Source: a virus (lineage: Duplodnaviria; Caudoviricetes). From it: a stretch of DNA of 38,106 bases. The DNA is taken from positions 1-38,106 of IMG/VR virus record IMGVR_UViG_3300046807_000058. The stretch is one strand, 5' to 3'. Shown here in pieces: positions 1 to 8,254 of this stretch. Made by a program: the position numbers and the translations under genes. Within the stretch, counting starts at the first letter, position 1. The number at the start of each line of letters is the position of its first letter. Below the pieces are notes generated by a model that did no database searches, was not told where the DNA came from, and saw only the letters and a list, made by a program, of their open reading frames with translations.

Positions 1-23
1 AACAATTTAAAAACAAATAAGAT

Positions 24-290
24 ATGAAAGAAGAAGAATCAAGATTACAAGAAATTAAACTAAAATTAGACAAATCAAATGCAAGGTTATATGATTTTTC
101 AAATGACCTTTATTTACAAACTTCAAATTTATGTGGTGAATTTCCAAGACTTATAAATGAATTACCAAGCAAAGAAGTAGGAGATTTTTATTTAAATATT
201 TTTCAAGGTCAAATATTGTTTCAAAAACACATTACTGCTGATATTGAAAATACATTAAGTTATTTAAAATCAGCCACGAATAAGATATGA
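24..290 (+). CDS. hypothetical protein
   Basis: 88-aa ORF; ATGA overlap with the next gene; no recognisable motif. Confidence 0.6.
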   Translation: MKEEESRLQEIKLKLDKSNARLYDFSNDLYLQTSNLCGEFPRLINELPSKEVGDFYLNIFQGQILFQKHITADIENTLSYLKSATNKI

Positions 291-613
291 GAAAGACCAC
301 AATAGATATACCAATATACTGTTGTAAGTTAACTATCATATTAGATAAGGATTTGTCTTATGTTGAAAAGAAATATAAGACAAAGTCTCTATCTAATTTT
401 GGAGCAGTTACAATGAGAGTTCCTGATAAATTTAGGGAGTATATTATAGCTTTTGAGTATACAGAAGGAGCTATAATAGCACACGAAATAGTGCATTTGA
501 AAAACTATATCTATCAAGACTGCTCAATAGAGCTAGATAGATATAACGATGAACCTGAGGCTTATTTAACAGGTTGGTTGTTTGGTCGGATTAATAATTT
601 TTTAAACAAATAA
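287..613 (+). CDS. small zincin-like (HExxH) metallo-protein
   Basis: IIAHEIVHL followed by NDEPEAYL (candidate third Glu ligand). Confidence 0.6.
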   Translation: MRKTTIDIPIYCCKLTIILDKDLSYVEKKYKTKSLSNFGAVTMRVPDKFREYIIAFEYTEGAIIAHEIVHLKNYIYQDCSIELDRYNDEPEAYLTGWLFGRINNFLNK

Positions 614-617
614 CAAT

Positions 618-830
618 ATGAAAAACATTATGTATTTTTTTACAATGATAATAGGAATTATATTAGTAATGATTTTAACAATTATTTTAGTAGATAAATT
701 AAAGAACTTTGATTATAATTCAAGCAAACCAATATCATACCCTGAAGAAATACAAATAGCAAAACCAGGAGATACATTAATTGTATACGCTGTTAAGGAT
801 AGTATTTACATTGGATTTAAAAACAAATAA
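618..830 (+). CDS. small protein with N-terminal membrane anchor
   Basis: hydrophobic stretch YFFTMIIGIILVMILTIILV. Confidence 0.6.
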   Translation: MKNIMYFFTMIIGIILVMILTIILVDKLKNFDYNSSKPISYPEEIQIAKPGDTLIVYAVKDSIYIGFKNK

Positions 831-833
831 GAT

Positions 834-1034
834 ATGACAGCAGTAGAATGGTTACACGAAAAATTAGCAAAGTCCTCGCAAGAGGAGCTAGTTAGTAATA
901 TAAATCTATGGTTTAAACAAGCCAAAGAAATGGAGAAAGAAAATGCTTTACGTTTTGGTGCTAAATGTTGTATTATGACAACACAAAAAAACGATTGGAC
1001 TTTAGAAAATTTATATAACGAAACATTTAATTAA
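834..1034 (+). CDS. hypothetical protein
   Basis: 66-aa ORF tightly packed in the early array. Confidence 0.6.
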   Translation: MTAVEWLHEKLAKSSQEELVSNINLWFKQAKEMEKENALRFGAKCCIMTTQKNDWTLENLYNETFN

Positions 1035-1038
1035 TAAT

Positions 1039-1296
1039 ATGAAAGAAGAAGAAATCGAAAGAATTGCAGAATTAGTATTCCAAAAGCTAGTAAAAAAGCA
1101 AGAAGAATGGGATAAAGAATTTATGCTAGAAATAAAAGATCAAGTTATTATGGATATTTCTATTAAAGGTACAACAGATATTCAAACTAGAATTGATAAC
1201 TTGCAAGCCCATCTTGATAGGTTAATTGAAAAAGAATTGTATACTGAGGCGCAAGCCGTAAAAGAACGCATTGATGAACTTAAAAAAGAATTATAA
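1039..1296 (+). CDS. protein with C-terminal UVR (UvrB/UvrC-type) coiled coil
   Basis: LQAHLDRLIEKELYTEAQAVKERIDELK matches the L...(A/L)..E.(Y/F)E.AA.L(R/K)D.I..L pattern. Confidence 0.55.
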   Translation: MKEEEIERIAELVFQKLVKKQEEWDKEFMLEIKDQVIMDISIKGTTDIQTRIDNLQAHLDRLIEKELYTEAQAVKERIDELKKEL

Positions 1297-1409
1297 TGAG
1301 CAAAGCGAAACAACTTGTTGAACAGTATGCTGAAGAATATCTCGAAGAGAAAATAATTTATGAAACGTTATATGGCATCGTTGAATATGAAAAATGCGAC
1401 GTAAGCTAA
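1296..1409 (+). CDS. small hypothetical protein (37 aa, not in ORF track)
   Basis: TAATG coupling to the upstream stop; MSKAKQLVEQYAEEYLEEKIIYETLYGIVEYEKCDVS fills the gap. Confidence 0.5.
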   Translation: MSKAKQLVEQYAEEYLEEKIIYETLYGIVEYEKCDVS

Positions 1410-1433
1410 TTAATTAATAATAGTAATAGGCTA

Positions 1434-2057
1434 ATGTCACAGTACGATAGAAAATTAGAACACTTGAATAAAAATAGAATAATATATCGGCAAAATCCTA
1501 TAACAGATAAACCAACACAAAAGTTTGACTGGGGTGACTATTACGAAAACGGCACGTTTGAATGTTACGATTTATTTAGAAGCAAAGCTAAGATAACCAC
1601 ATACAAATCATTAAAATGGCATTTATATGTTTTATGGTATCTTAATCATCAAATGAATCAAGATCAGTTTATTGAGGTTGCAAGGTTTATCTGCGATAAA
1701 ACAAACGGATTTGTTACTTTTAATGTTAGCGAGCAATTGTTACAAAGTATGGTTTACGATGTTAGTTTACAAGATCTAGAAGAACCACCACCAAATAAGA
1801 ATCGTAAGATTATATTTAAGGACAATTCCGGGCTTAGTTTAAACGAGAAACTATCTATAGTTGGACAAATAGCAGGCAAGAGTAAAATAGTCTCAGATTC
1901 GGACATATATGACGCGATGCTATACATGCATGATGCAGATCAAAAGATCACGATTAAAAAGATTGCGGATTATTTCCAATGTACAACCAGAACAATACAT
2001 CGTAATATGAGTAACGAATTAAAAAAAGAAAAAGAATTACTAAACCAAAGCTTATGA
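1434..2057 (+). CDS. DNA-binding protein with C-terminal HTH (possible replication or regulatory role)
   Basis: C-terminal ITIKKIADYFQCTTRTIHRNM helix-turn-helix. Confidence 0.55.
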   Translation: MSQYDRKLEHLNKNRIIYRQNPITDKPTQKFDWGDYYENGTFECYDLFRSKAKITTYKSLKWHLYVLWYLNHQMNQDQFIEVARFICDKTNGFVTFNVSEQLLQSMVYDVSLQDLEEPPPNKNRKIIFKDNSGLSLNEKLSIVGQIAGKSKIVSDSDIYDAMLYMHDADQKITIKKIADYFQCTTRTIHRNMSNELKKEKELLNQSL

Positions 2058-2266
2058 CACCAAAAGAAAAAGCAGGTCAATTGTTTTTTAAATATAGAAA
2101 TTTAGAAAACAAAGATTCGTTTATAAATAATTATAATGCTAAAAAATGTGCATTAATCGCGGTTGATGAAATCATAAATAACTCTTTAGAATATATGGGT
2201 TGTGATTTAAATGATGGAGAAATAATTTATTGGGAAGAAGTTAAACAAGAAATAGAAAAGTTATGA
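2054..2266 (+). CDS. hypothetical protein
   Basis: 70 aa; ATGA overlaps at both ends. Confidence 0.6.
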   Translation: MTPKEKAGQLFFKYRNLENKDSFINNYNAKKCALIAVDEIINNSLEYMGCDLNDGEIIYWEEVKQEIEKL

Positions 2267-2448
2267 CACTCAAGCAAAAGTTTTTTGATATATACACTAG
2301 CTATTACAAGAAAAGTAATGAATTAGATAAGATGGTTGAAGTAGCAGATGATTACGCTATTGAATTTGCAGAATATTTATCAGATTGGTATACAAAAAAA
2401 AGATTAACTGAACTATTAAAGATATTTAAAGAAGAAAAAGGATTATGA
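2263..2448 (+). CDS. hypothetical protein
   Basis: 61 aa; ATGA overlaps at both ends. Confidence 0.6.
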   Translation: MTLKQKFFDIYTSYYKKSNELDKMVEVADDYAIEFAEYLSDWYTKKRLTELLKIFKEEKGL

Positions 2449-2618
2449 AATTACAATTAGAAAGTTATAATATAAAATATACTGTAGAAACAGCAAATGA
2501 TGATCTTAATATAGAAGAATATGTTGATATATTGATAGGTATTTTGCATCAAGCAGGATTTCATAAAACGTCGATAGAGGAAGCTATTATAAGTTTAGCT
2601 GATACATATAAAGAATAA
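2445..2618 (+). CDS. small hypothetical protein (57 aa, not in ORF track)
   Basis: ATGA-coupled start; MKLQLESYNIKYTVETANDDL...ADTYKE* fills the gap. Confidence 0.55.
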   Translation: MKLQLESYNIKYTVETANDDLNIEEYVDILIGILHQAGFHKTSIEEAIISLADTYKE

Positions 2619-2643
2619 TGCATCTCATATTGCGATATGAAAT

Positions 2644-2844
2644 ATGAAAGAGTTTATTAAATATACATTAGTTTGGGTATCATCTAATTTAGCCATACCA
2701 TTCTGGACAATAGGTCACATTCATTTATCTATAAATATATATGAAGATATACATGAAATACTAATGTCCTGCGGAATGAATATAATAGTGTTAATAGGAT
2801 TTATAATAGAATATAAAAAAGAAAAAGATGAAACCAATACATAA
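2644..2844 (+). CDS. small two-TM membrane protein
   Basis: two hydrophobic segments and a charged C-tail. Confidence 0.55.
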   Translation: MKEFIKYTLVWVSSNLAIPFWTIGHIHLSINIYEDIHEILMSCGMNIIVLIGFIIEYKKEKDETNT

Positions 2845-2983
2845 GTTTAATAATGAAGAAGGTGCTACATTATGTTATAGTTGCCATAATATAATAACAT
2901 TGGGTTGGTCTGATGAAGTTCTTTGTAATAAGTGTAAAGGTTATGCGGAATCAAAGGAAAAAGAAAATTTAGCAAAAGATTAG
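2828..2983 (+). CDS. small zinc-ribbon protein (51 aa, not in ORF track)
   Basis: MKPIHKFNNEEGATL-CYSC-HNIITLGWSDEVL-CNKC-KG...; two CxxC motifs. Confidence 0.55.
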   Translation: MKPIHKFNNEEGATLCYSCHNIITLGWSDEVLCNKCKGYAESKEKENLAKD

Positions 2984-3013
2984 CATTAGGTAAATTAAAT
3001 AGTTGTATCTTCG
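2980..3013 (+). promoter_or_regulatory. possible Bacteroidota housekeeping-sigma promoter upstream of the phage sigma gene
   Basis: ttgTATCTTCG (TATCTTCG at 3006-3013) is one mismatch from the -7 TAnnTTTG element, 17 nt before the ATG; -33 element weak. Confidence 0.4.
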
Positions 3014-3030
3014 GTAATAAACTATTTAAT

Positions 3031-3798
3031 ATGAAAAGTTATAATATAGATAATTATTTGAGGTATAAAGAAGATCGAGATACTTCAATAGAAAAATTTC
3101 CGGAACAAGAGTTCTCTGCTAGTTGTTCACGAGACGAGTTAATTATTAAGTTCTTACCATTTGTTGAAAATATTGCAAGAAAGTTCTCCACTAGCCAGCA
3201 AGCGTCGGGAGTACTTGATATTACGGATTTAATTCAATATGGTTCAATAGGTTTAATACAAGCTGTTGATAAAATTGAATGGGACACAGTGAATCAAAGC
3301 GAGCATAAAGAAAGTACGCTTAAGTCATTTCTATCTAAAAGAATTAAAGGATCGATTAGAAGAGCTATAGATATTAACAGAGGCTCAATTAAGATCCCAG
3401 AGCACAAGCTAAATGAAATAAGAAAAGATAATAGCAAGGACCACACGTTGGTTGCAATGTTTTTCAATTCAATATTCCTAAGCATCGATGAACAAATTGA
3501 CGATGATGATGAAGAGAATATGTTGTATCAAATACCGGATCAATCCGAAGTATACAATATAGGTTTAATGAATGCTTACTTAACTAGCTTGCTTAAGAAA
3601 CATTTAGACGATAAAGAGTTTGAAGTATTAAGATTAAGTTATGGTTTAGACTGTGACAAACATTCAGCTAATGAGATTGCTGACATATTAAATATAGACG
3701 GAGCTAGTGCTTATGTTAGAATATCTGAAATAAAGAAGCAAGCAATAAAAAAATTAGTTGATAATGTAGATGCGAATCAAGTTATTGATTATCTTTGA
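3031..3798 (+). CDS. phage-encoded RNA polymerase sigma-70 family factor
   Basis: region 2: ELIIKFLPFVENIARKF..DLIQYGSIGLIQAVDK; region 4: LDDKEFEVLRLSYGL..SANEIADILNI..VRISEIKKQAIKKL. Confidence 0.9.
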   Translation: MKSYNIDNYLRYKEDRDTSIEKFPEQEFSASCSRDELIIKFLPFVENIARKFSTSQQASGVLDITDLIQYGSIGLIQAVDKIEWDTVNQSEHKESTLKSFLSKRIKGSIRRAIDINRGSIKIPEHKLNEIRKDNSKDHTLVAMFFNSIFLSIDEQIDDDDEENMLYQIPDQSEVYNIGLMNAYLTSLLKKHLDDKEFEVLRLSYGLDCDKHSANEIADILNIDGASAYVRISEIKKQAIKKLVDNVDANQVIDYL

Positions 3799-3840
3799 GA
3801 AGTAAACAATTAAATAACCTTTTGGTAAAAAAGTTATATT

Positions 3841-3853
3841 ATACGTAATTATA
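3841..3853 (+). promoter_or_regulatory. conserved intergenic motif AYAMGTAATWWTA (putative phage-sigma promoter), copy 1
   Basis: atacgtaattata; similar copies at 12211(+), 31657-31669(-), 26382-26394(-). Confidence 0.5.
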
Positions 3854-3877
3854 TATTTATAACTAAACTATATAACT

Positions 3878-4276
3878 ATGAAAAATATTGACAAAGAAAA
3901 TTGCCCTAAAGGTAATGAAATTAAAACTTGTAAAAAATGCGGATTTATTGGAACAAAATTTCCATTTTTTCATAGATCAAATATTAAAGGCAAAAACCAA
4001 TATGGCAATTGCAAAAAATGTGTTCAAGAGGGAACAAGAGCATGGCGTTATGGATTGTCTATTGATGAAATGAATAAATTATTAGATAGCATAACTCACT
4101 GTGAAATTTGCGAAACAGAATTTACAACTAATAGAAAAGTAATTGATCATTGCCATAAAGACAAGCATGTTAGGGGTATATTATGTGATCCATGTAATAC
4201 CACATTAGGACAATTAGAAAAGACGAATGATATGTTATATAGGATGACGCATTATTTAAAAACAAGAAACAATTAA
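3878..4276 (+). CDS. free-standing endonuclease VII-type HNH (homing) endonuclease
   Basis: CKKC..CKKC, RYGLSIDEM, CEIC, VIDHCH..HVRGILCDPCNTTLG. Confidence 0.85.
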   Translation: MKNIDKENCPKGNEIKTCKKCGFIGTKFPFFHRSNIKGKNQYGNCKKCVQEGTRAWRYGLSIDEMNKLLDSITHCEICETEFTTNRKVIDHCHKDKHVRGILCDPCNTTLGQLEKTNDMLYRMTHYLKTRNN

Positions 4277-4285
4277 ATTAAATAT

Positions 4286-4852
4286 ATGGAAAAAAAAGAA
4301 ACAATTAGAGAATTAACATTAAATGAAAAGTTATCGCTTATTCAAGTAGAAATGAAAGCTAAGAAGAGTAGGTTTAATAGTTTTGGTAAATACAATTTTA
4401 GATCGGCAGAGGATCTGTTGGAAGCGGTTAAGCCCTATTTAACAAAGTATAATGTATCAGTGACAGTGACAGAAACTTTAATTACTAATAGTAACCACGG
4501 GTTTCCAATAATAGAATCAGTTGCTACAATATCTGATAACTTAGATCATATTAGCGCAACAGCGATTGTTGGTGTAGATCTTGATCAGAAAGGTATGCAA
4601 ATGCCACAGAAGTTTGGTTCAGCATCTAGTTATGGTAAGAAGTATGCTTTAGGTAATCTATTCTTGATTGATGATACCCAAGATCCTGATCATGGCAAAG
4701 CAGATCCAAAGCCAAAGGTTAAGATTGAAGTAGGTACAGAGACATTTGATAAAGCTAAAGCTTATGTTAAAGATCAAACAACATTAGATACTATTTTAAA
4801 TAAGTACGATGTAGATCCAAAGGCGATTGAAGAACTTAAAAAATTAATCTAA
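4286..4852 (+). CDS. erf: Erf-family single-strand annealing recombinase
   Basis: FNSFGKYNFRSAEDLLEAVKP and GSASSYGKKYALGNLFLIDDTQDPD signature. Confidence 0.85.
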   Translation: MEKKETIRELTLNEKLSLIQVEMKAKKSRFNSFGKYNFRSAEDLLEAVKPYLTKYNVSVTVTETLITNSNHGFPIIESVATISDNLDHISATAIVGVDLDQKGMQMPQKFGSASSYGKKYALGNLFLIDDTQDPDHGKADPKPKVKIEVGTETFDKAKAYVKDQTTLDTILNKYDVDPKAIEELKKLI

Positions 4853-5583
4853 TGACTAAAGAAGAAATTTTAGAGAAGCTAAGGGACGACCAACATTATT
4901 ATGGCGAATTTGGAAAACAATTTCTTAGCAACTCTAATATAAGTTCATTACTAACTAATCCGTTAGAGATGAATGCACCTCAAGCGCCTAATCCAAATTT
5001 TGCAATTGGCGGTTATTTTCACACTGCAATATTGGAACCCGATAAGCTACATAAATACAAGATAATTAACACAACTACCCGTAACACTAACGTTTACAAA
5101 GAGTTATCTGGTGGTGAGATTTGTTTATTACAACACGAAGTTGATAATATCGAACTACTGAAAGATAAAATGTTAGCTAACAAAGTATGTGAAGGTCTTA
5201 TAAGAGGTTTCAATGTTGAGTATGAAGTTCCTGGAATTGTTGACATTAACAATGTGATGTGGAAAGGTAAGGCCGATATTATAAACCATGACGAAGGTTT
5301 AATAGTCGATCTTAAAACAACATCAGATCTATCAGGGTTTGCTTATTCCGCAAAGAAATATAATTACGATAGTCAAGCTTACATTTATAAAAAGTTGTTT
5401 GGTTACGATTTAATTTTCATTGCAATAGATAAAAAGTCGCATCAAATTGGTATCTTTGACTGTTCTGATAAATTTTTACAAGGAGGTGAAGATAAAGTAA
5501 TGAAAGCTATTGATGCATACAATTTATTTTTTAAGACTGAAGACTTTGATCCTCAACAACATTTATTAACTAAAACATTATAA
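4852..5583 (+). CDS. PD-(D/E)XK exonuclease (RecE/ExoVIII-like)
   Basis: LSNSNI, G.YFH, KGKADII..IVDLKTT, YNYDSQAYIY; adjacent to Erf. Confidence 0.8.
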   Translation: MTKEEILEKLRDDQHYYGEFGKQFLSNSNISSLLTNPLEMNAPQAPNPNFAIGGYFHTAILEPDKLHKYKIINTTTRNTNVYKELSGGEICLLQHEVDNIELLKDKMLANKVCEGLIRGFNVEYEVPGIVDINNVMWKGKADIINHDEGLIVDLKTTSDLSGFAYSAKKYNYDSQAYIYKKLFGYDLIFIAIDKKSHQIGIFDCSDKFLQGGEDKVMKAIDAYNLFFKTEDFDPQQHLLTKTL

Positions 5584-5598
5584 TTAAATTAAATAAAC

Positions 5599-5790
5599 AT
5601 GAGTAACAAAAGAAACACAAAAGAAGCTGTTGCAACAAGAGTTTGTACAGTATCAGGTTTAACAAGACCAACAACAGAGTTCTATAAAGGACAGAACCAT
5701 TTAAAAGCTATTGATAACTTAAGAAGAAATTCAGGAGCTACTAAAGATCAAATGAGAAGAATGTTTAATAACCTACAAATAAATAACTAA
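5599..5790 (+). CDS. small basic hypothetical protein
   Basis: 63-aa ORF within the operon. Confidence 0.6.
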   Translation: MSNKRNTKEAVATRVCTVSGLTRPTTEFYKGQNHLKAIDNLRRNSGATKDQMRRMFNNLQINN

Positions 5791-5791
5791 G

Positions 5792-6106
5792 ATGGCATCA
5801 ATTTTAAAAACGAGCATTAACCTAAATGATATTCCAAAAGACAAAATCATTAATGGAAAAAAAGGGAAGTATCTTCCTATTACCATTACACTTAACGACG
5901 AGGTGGATCAATTCGGCAATCAAGGTCCAGTCCTTGTTGAACAGTCCAAAGAAGAGCGTGACGCTAAGGTGGCGAAAGTATACTTAGGAAATGTTAAGGT
6001 TGTATGGACTAACGGCACAAACGTTGCGGCAGCTCCAAGACAAGACGTAGGCGCTCCGGTAACACAAAGAGCACCAGCAGTTGTTGAAGATGATCTTCCG
6101 TTTTAA
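5792..6106 (+). CDS. putative single-stranded DNA-binding protein
   Basis: beta-rich core, flexible linker, SSB-type acidic-aromatic tail EDDLPF; next to recombination and primase genes. Confidence 0.7.
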   Translation: MASILKTSINLNDIPKDKIINGKKGKYLPITITLNDEVDQFGNQGPVLVEQSKEERDAKVAKVYLGNVKVVWTNGTNVAAAPRQDVGAPVTQRAPAVVEDDLPF

Positions 6107-6154
6107 GGTTATAGCCTTAAAATAAAATAAAAATTTAAGGTTATAGCCTTAAAA
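6102..6154. repeat. two exact copies of a 21-bp near-palindrome tttaaggttatagccttaaaa
   Basis: copies at 6102-6122 and 6134-6154 (period 32 bp). Confidence 0.9.
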
Positions 6155-6271
6155 AAAATTGTATTACTTATGATGCGTTATAATATTTTTTATATCTTAG
6201 CGCATCATATTTAGTGCAAAACAAGCCAAAATGTCCATAATATAAGACATTAACAAATTAAATTTTTTCCT

Positions 6272-7987
6272 ATGAATGTAGAGACAGTTGAAATTAATGG
6301 GTTTTTGATTGATGAATTTAATCAACATAAACTTGAAGAAGGTAAGACGCAAGGTATATGTCCTTTGTGTTCCCCAGACAGAAAACCTAAGAATGAAAAA
6401 GCCAAATGCGCTAGCTATGATTGGCAACGTGGTATCGGAACCTGCCACAATTGTAATAAAACATTTCAACTACACACTTACCAACGTAAAGGTAAATCTG
6501 AAAAAGTATATGAGAAACCTGAACCGGTTGCTATACACGAAGTCAGTTCAAAAGTTGAAGAATGGTTCAAAACAAGAGGAATTTCAAAAGACACATTAAC
6601 AGAACTTAAGGTTACCGAAGGTTCAGAATTCATGCCACAAACGAGTAAGGTTGAAAACGTAATAAGGTTTAATTACTTTATAGGAGATCAACTTATAAAT
6701 GTTAAGTATAGAGATGGTAGAAAGAATTTTAAACTATATAAAGGTGCTGAAAAAGTTTTCTACAATATTAATAGCATCGTTGGTTATGAGTATTGTGTTA
6801 TCGTTGAAGGTGAAATGGATGTGCTTGCGCTGCATGAAGCAGGTATAACAAATGCAATATCTGTTCCTAATGGAGCTACCCTTAATAATAATAATCTTGA
6901 CTACTTAGATAGTTGCATAGATTATTTCGAAGACAAATCAAAGATAATTATAGCGGTTGATTCAGACGAAGCAGGTCAAGCGTTGCAAGTTGAATTAGTC
7001 AGAAGATTAGGATCTGAAATATGTTACTTAGCTACATTTGAAGACTGTAAAGACGCTAATGAATACTTATTAAAGTATGGAAAAGAAAGACTATCACAGA
7101 GAATTTCAAGAGCAAAGCCTGTACCACTTGAGAACGTTGTCACATTTAGAGATCTCGAAAATGAAGTTACTGACTTTGTTCGTAACGGTTTTAAGCCGGG
7201 ATTTCAAGTTGGCCTTCCAAATTTTGATGAAATCTTTTCAACTTATACTGGCCAATTCATTACTGTCACTGGTATTCCGTCTTCCGGTAAAAGTGATTTT
7301 GTCGACCAAATGGTTGTGGGTTATAATCGAAACTACGGCTGGAAAACCGCATTTGCATCTCCTGAAAATACACCAGCTTACTTACACGCGCACAAATTAA
7401 TGCGTAAAGTTTGGGAAGGTATGCCATCACAAGATGATATTGGTGGGGATCGTTGGAATCAAATAGCGGATCATTGCAATGCTAATTTCTTTCACATCGA
7501 CATGGAACGTTACACTTTAGAATCTGTATTACGTAAAGGAGCTGAATTAGTTAAGCGTAAAGGCATTAAATGTTTAGTTATAGATCCATTTAATAAAGTA
7601 AGAGATGTTGATGCTAAGACAGAAGATGTCAATAAGTATACAATGGAATACTTGCAGAAAATTGAAATCTTTGCTAAGAAGTACGATGTGCTAGTATTTA
7701 TTGTTGCACATCCAACTAAGATGTATAAAGGTTCTGATGGTAAGATTGAAGAGCCTACGATGTACAACATTAAAGGAGGCGGCGAATGGTACGATGCTTC
7801 TTATCATGGATTGTTAGTCCATAGAGATTACGAAAACAAAACTGTTAAATGTAAAGTATTAAAAGTTAAGTTTCAAAATCTTGGAGAGAACGGAGCTGAG
7901 GCACATTTCAAATGGGAACCAAACTCAGGATGCTTTATACCACACGTGCCATTAGATGTATCGGGAGAAAAATTGCCTTGGGAATAA
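6272..7987 (+). CDS. DNA primase-helicase (Twinkle/T7 gp4-like)
   Basis: Zn finger CPLC..CHNC; TOPRIM IVEGEMD and DSDEAG; SF4 helicase TGIPSSGKS, LVIDP, VAHP. Confidence 0.92.
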   Translation: MNVETVEINGFLIDEFNQHKLEEGKTQGICPLCSPDRKPKNEKAKCASYDWQRGIGTCHNCNKTFQLHTYQRKGKSEKVYEKPEPVAIHEVSSKVEEWFKTRGISKDTLTELKVTEGSEFMPQTSKVENVIRFNYFIGDQLINVKYRDGRKNFKLYKGAEKVFYNINSIVGYEYCVIVEGEMDVLALHEAGITNAISVPNGATLNNNNLDYLDSCIDYFEDKSKIIIAVDSDEAGQALQVELVRRLGSEICYLATFEDCKDANEYLLKYGKERLSQRISRAKPVPLENVVTFRDLENEVTDFVRNGFKPGFQVGLPNFDEIFSTYTGQFITVTGIPSSGKSDFVDQMVVGYNRNYGWKTAFASPENTPAYLHAHKLMRKVWEGMPSQDDIGGDRWNQIADHCNANFFHIDMERYTLESVLRKGAELVKRKGIKCLVIDPFNKVRDVDAKTEDVNKYTMEYLQKIEIFAKKYDVLVFIVAHPTKMYKGSDGKIEEPTMYNIKGGGEWYDASYHGLLVHRDYENKTVKCKVLKVKFQNLGENGAEAHFKWEPNSGCFIPHVPLDVSGEKLPWE

Positions 7988-8254
7988 ATGGGCAGTGGAA
8001 CTAAAGTTAGGAAAGGGCAGATTGATATGGGCAACTATATACAAAGCGCTAAAGAGCAAGAAGCAATGATGTGGTGCGTTAGAAATAATATCTTTATAGC
8101 ACCATTTGCTGAAAGCACAACTAAGTGGTATTTAGATATTACTATAAACGGTAAAAAGAATAGAAGCCCGGATGTACATACTAAAACTACTTTATGGAAT
8201 CAAATGTTTAAATATTATATATACTATTATGAAAAGTACAAAAAGAATGAGTAG
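7988..8254 (+). CDS. hypothetical protein
   Basis: 88 aa between primase-helicase and the TS-like gene. Confidence 0.65.
   Translation: MGSGTKVRKGQIDMGNYIQSAKEQEAMMWCVRNNIFIAPFAESTTKWYLDITINGKKNRSPDVHTKTTLWNQMFKYYIYYYEKYKKNE

Noticed and set aside
5599-5790. RVCTVSGLTRPTTEFY resembling the HNH N-terminal zinc module
   Set aside because: Only one Cys is retained; similarity is too weak to call a remnant
6102-6154. Repeat-spacer-repeat as a mini CRISPR array
   Set aside because: Only two 21-bp repeats with an 11-nt A-rich spacer; no cas genes
8172-8246. Longer N-terminus for the TS-like gene (likewise the TTG start at 9004 for the next gene)
   Set aside because: The extension overlaps the upstream gene and precedes the ThyA-like start (YQYRNILKDIL); ATGs at 8247 and 9025 fit better
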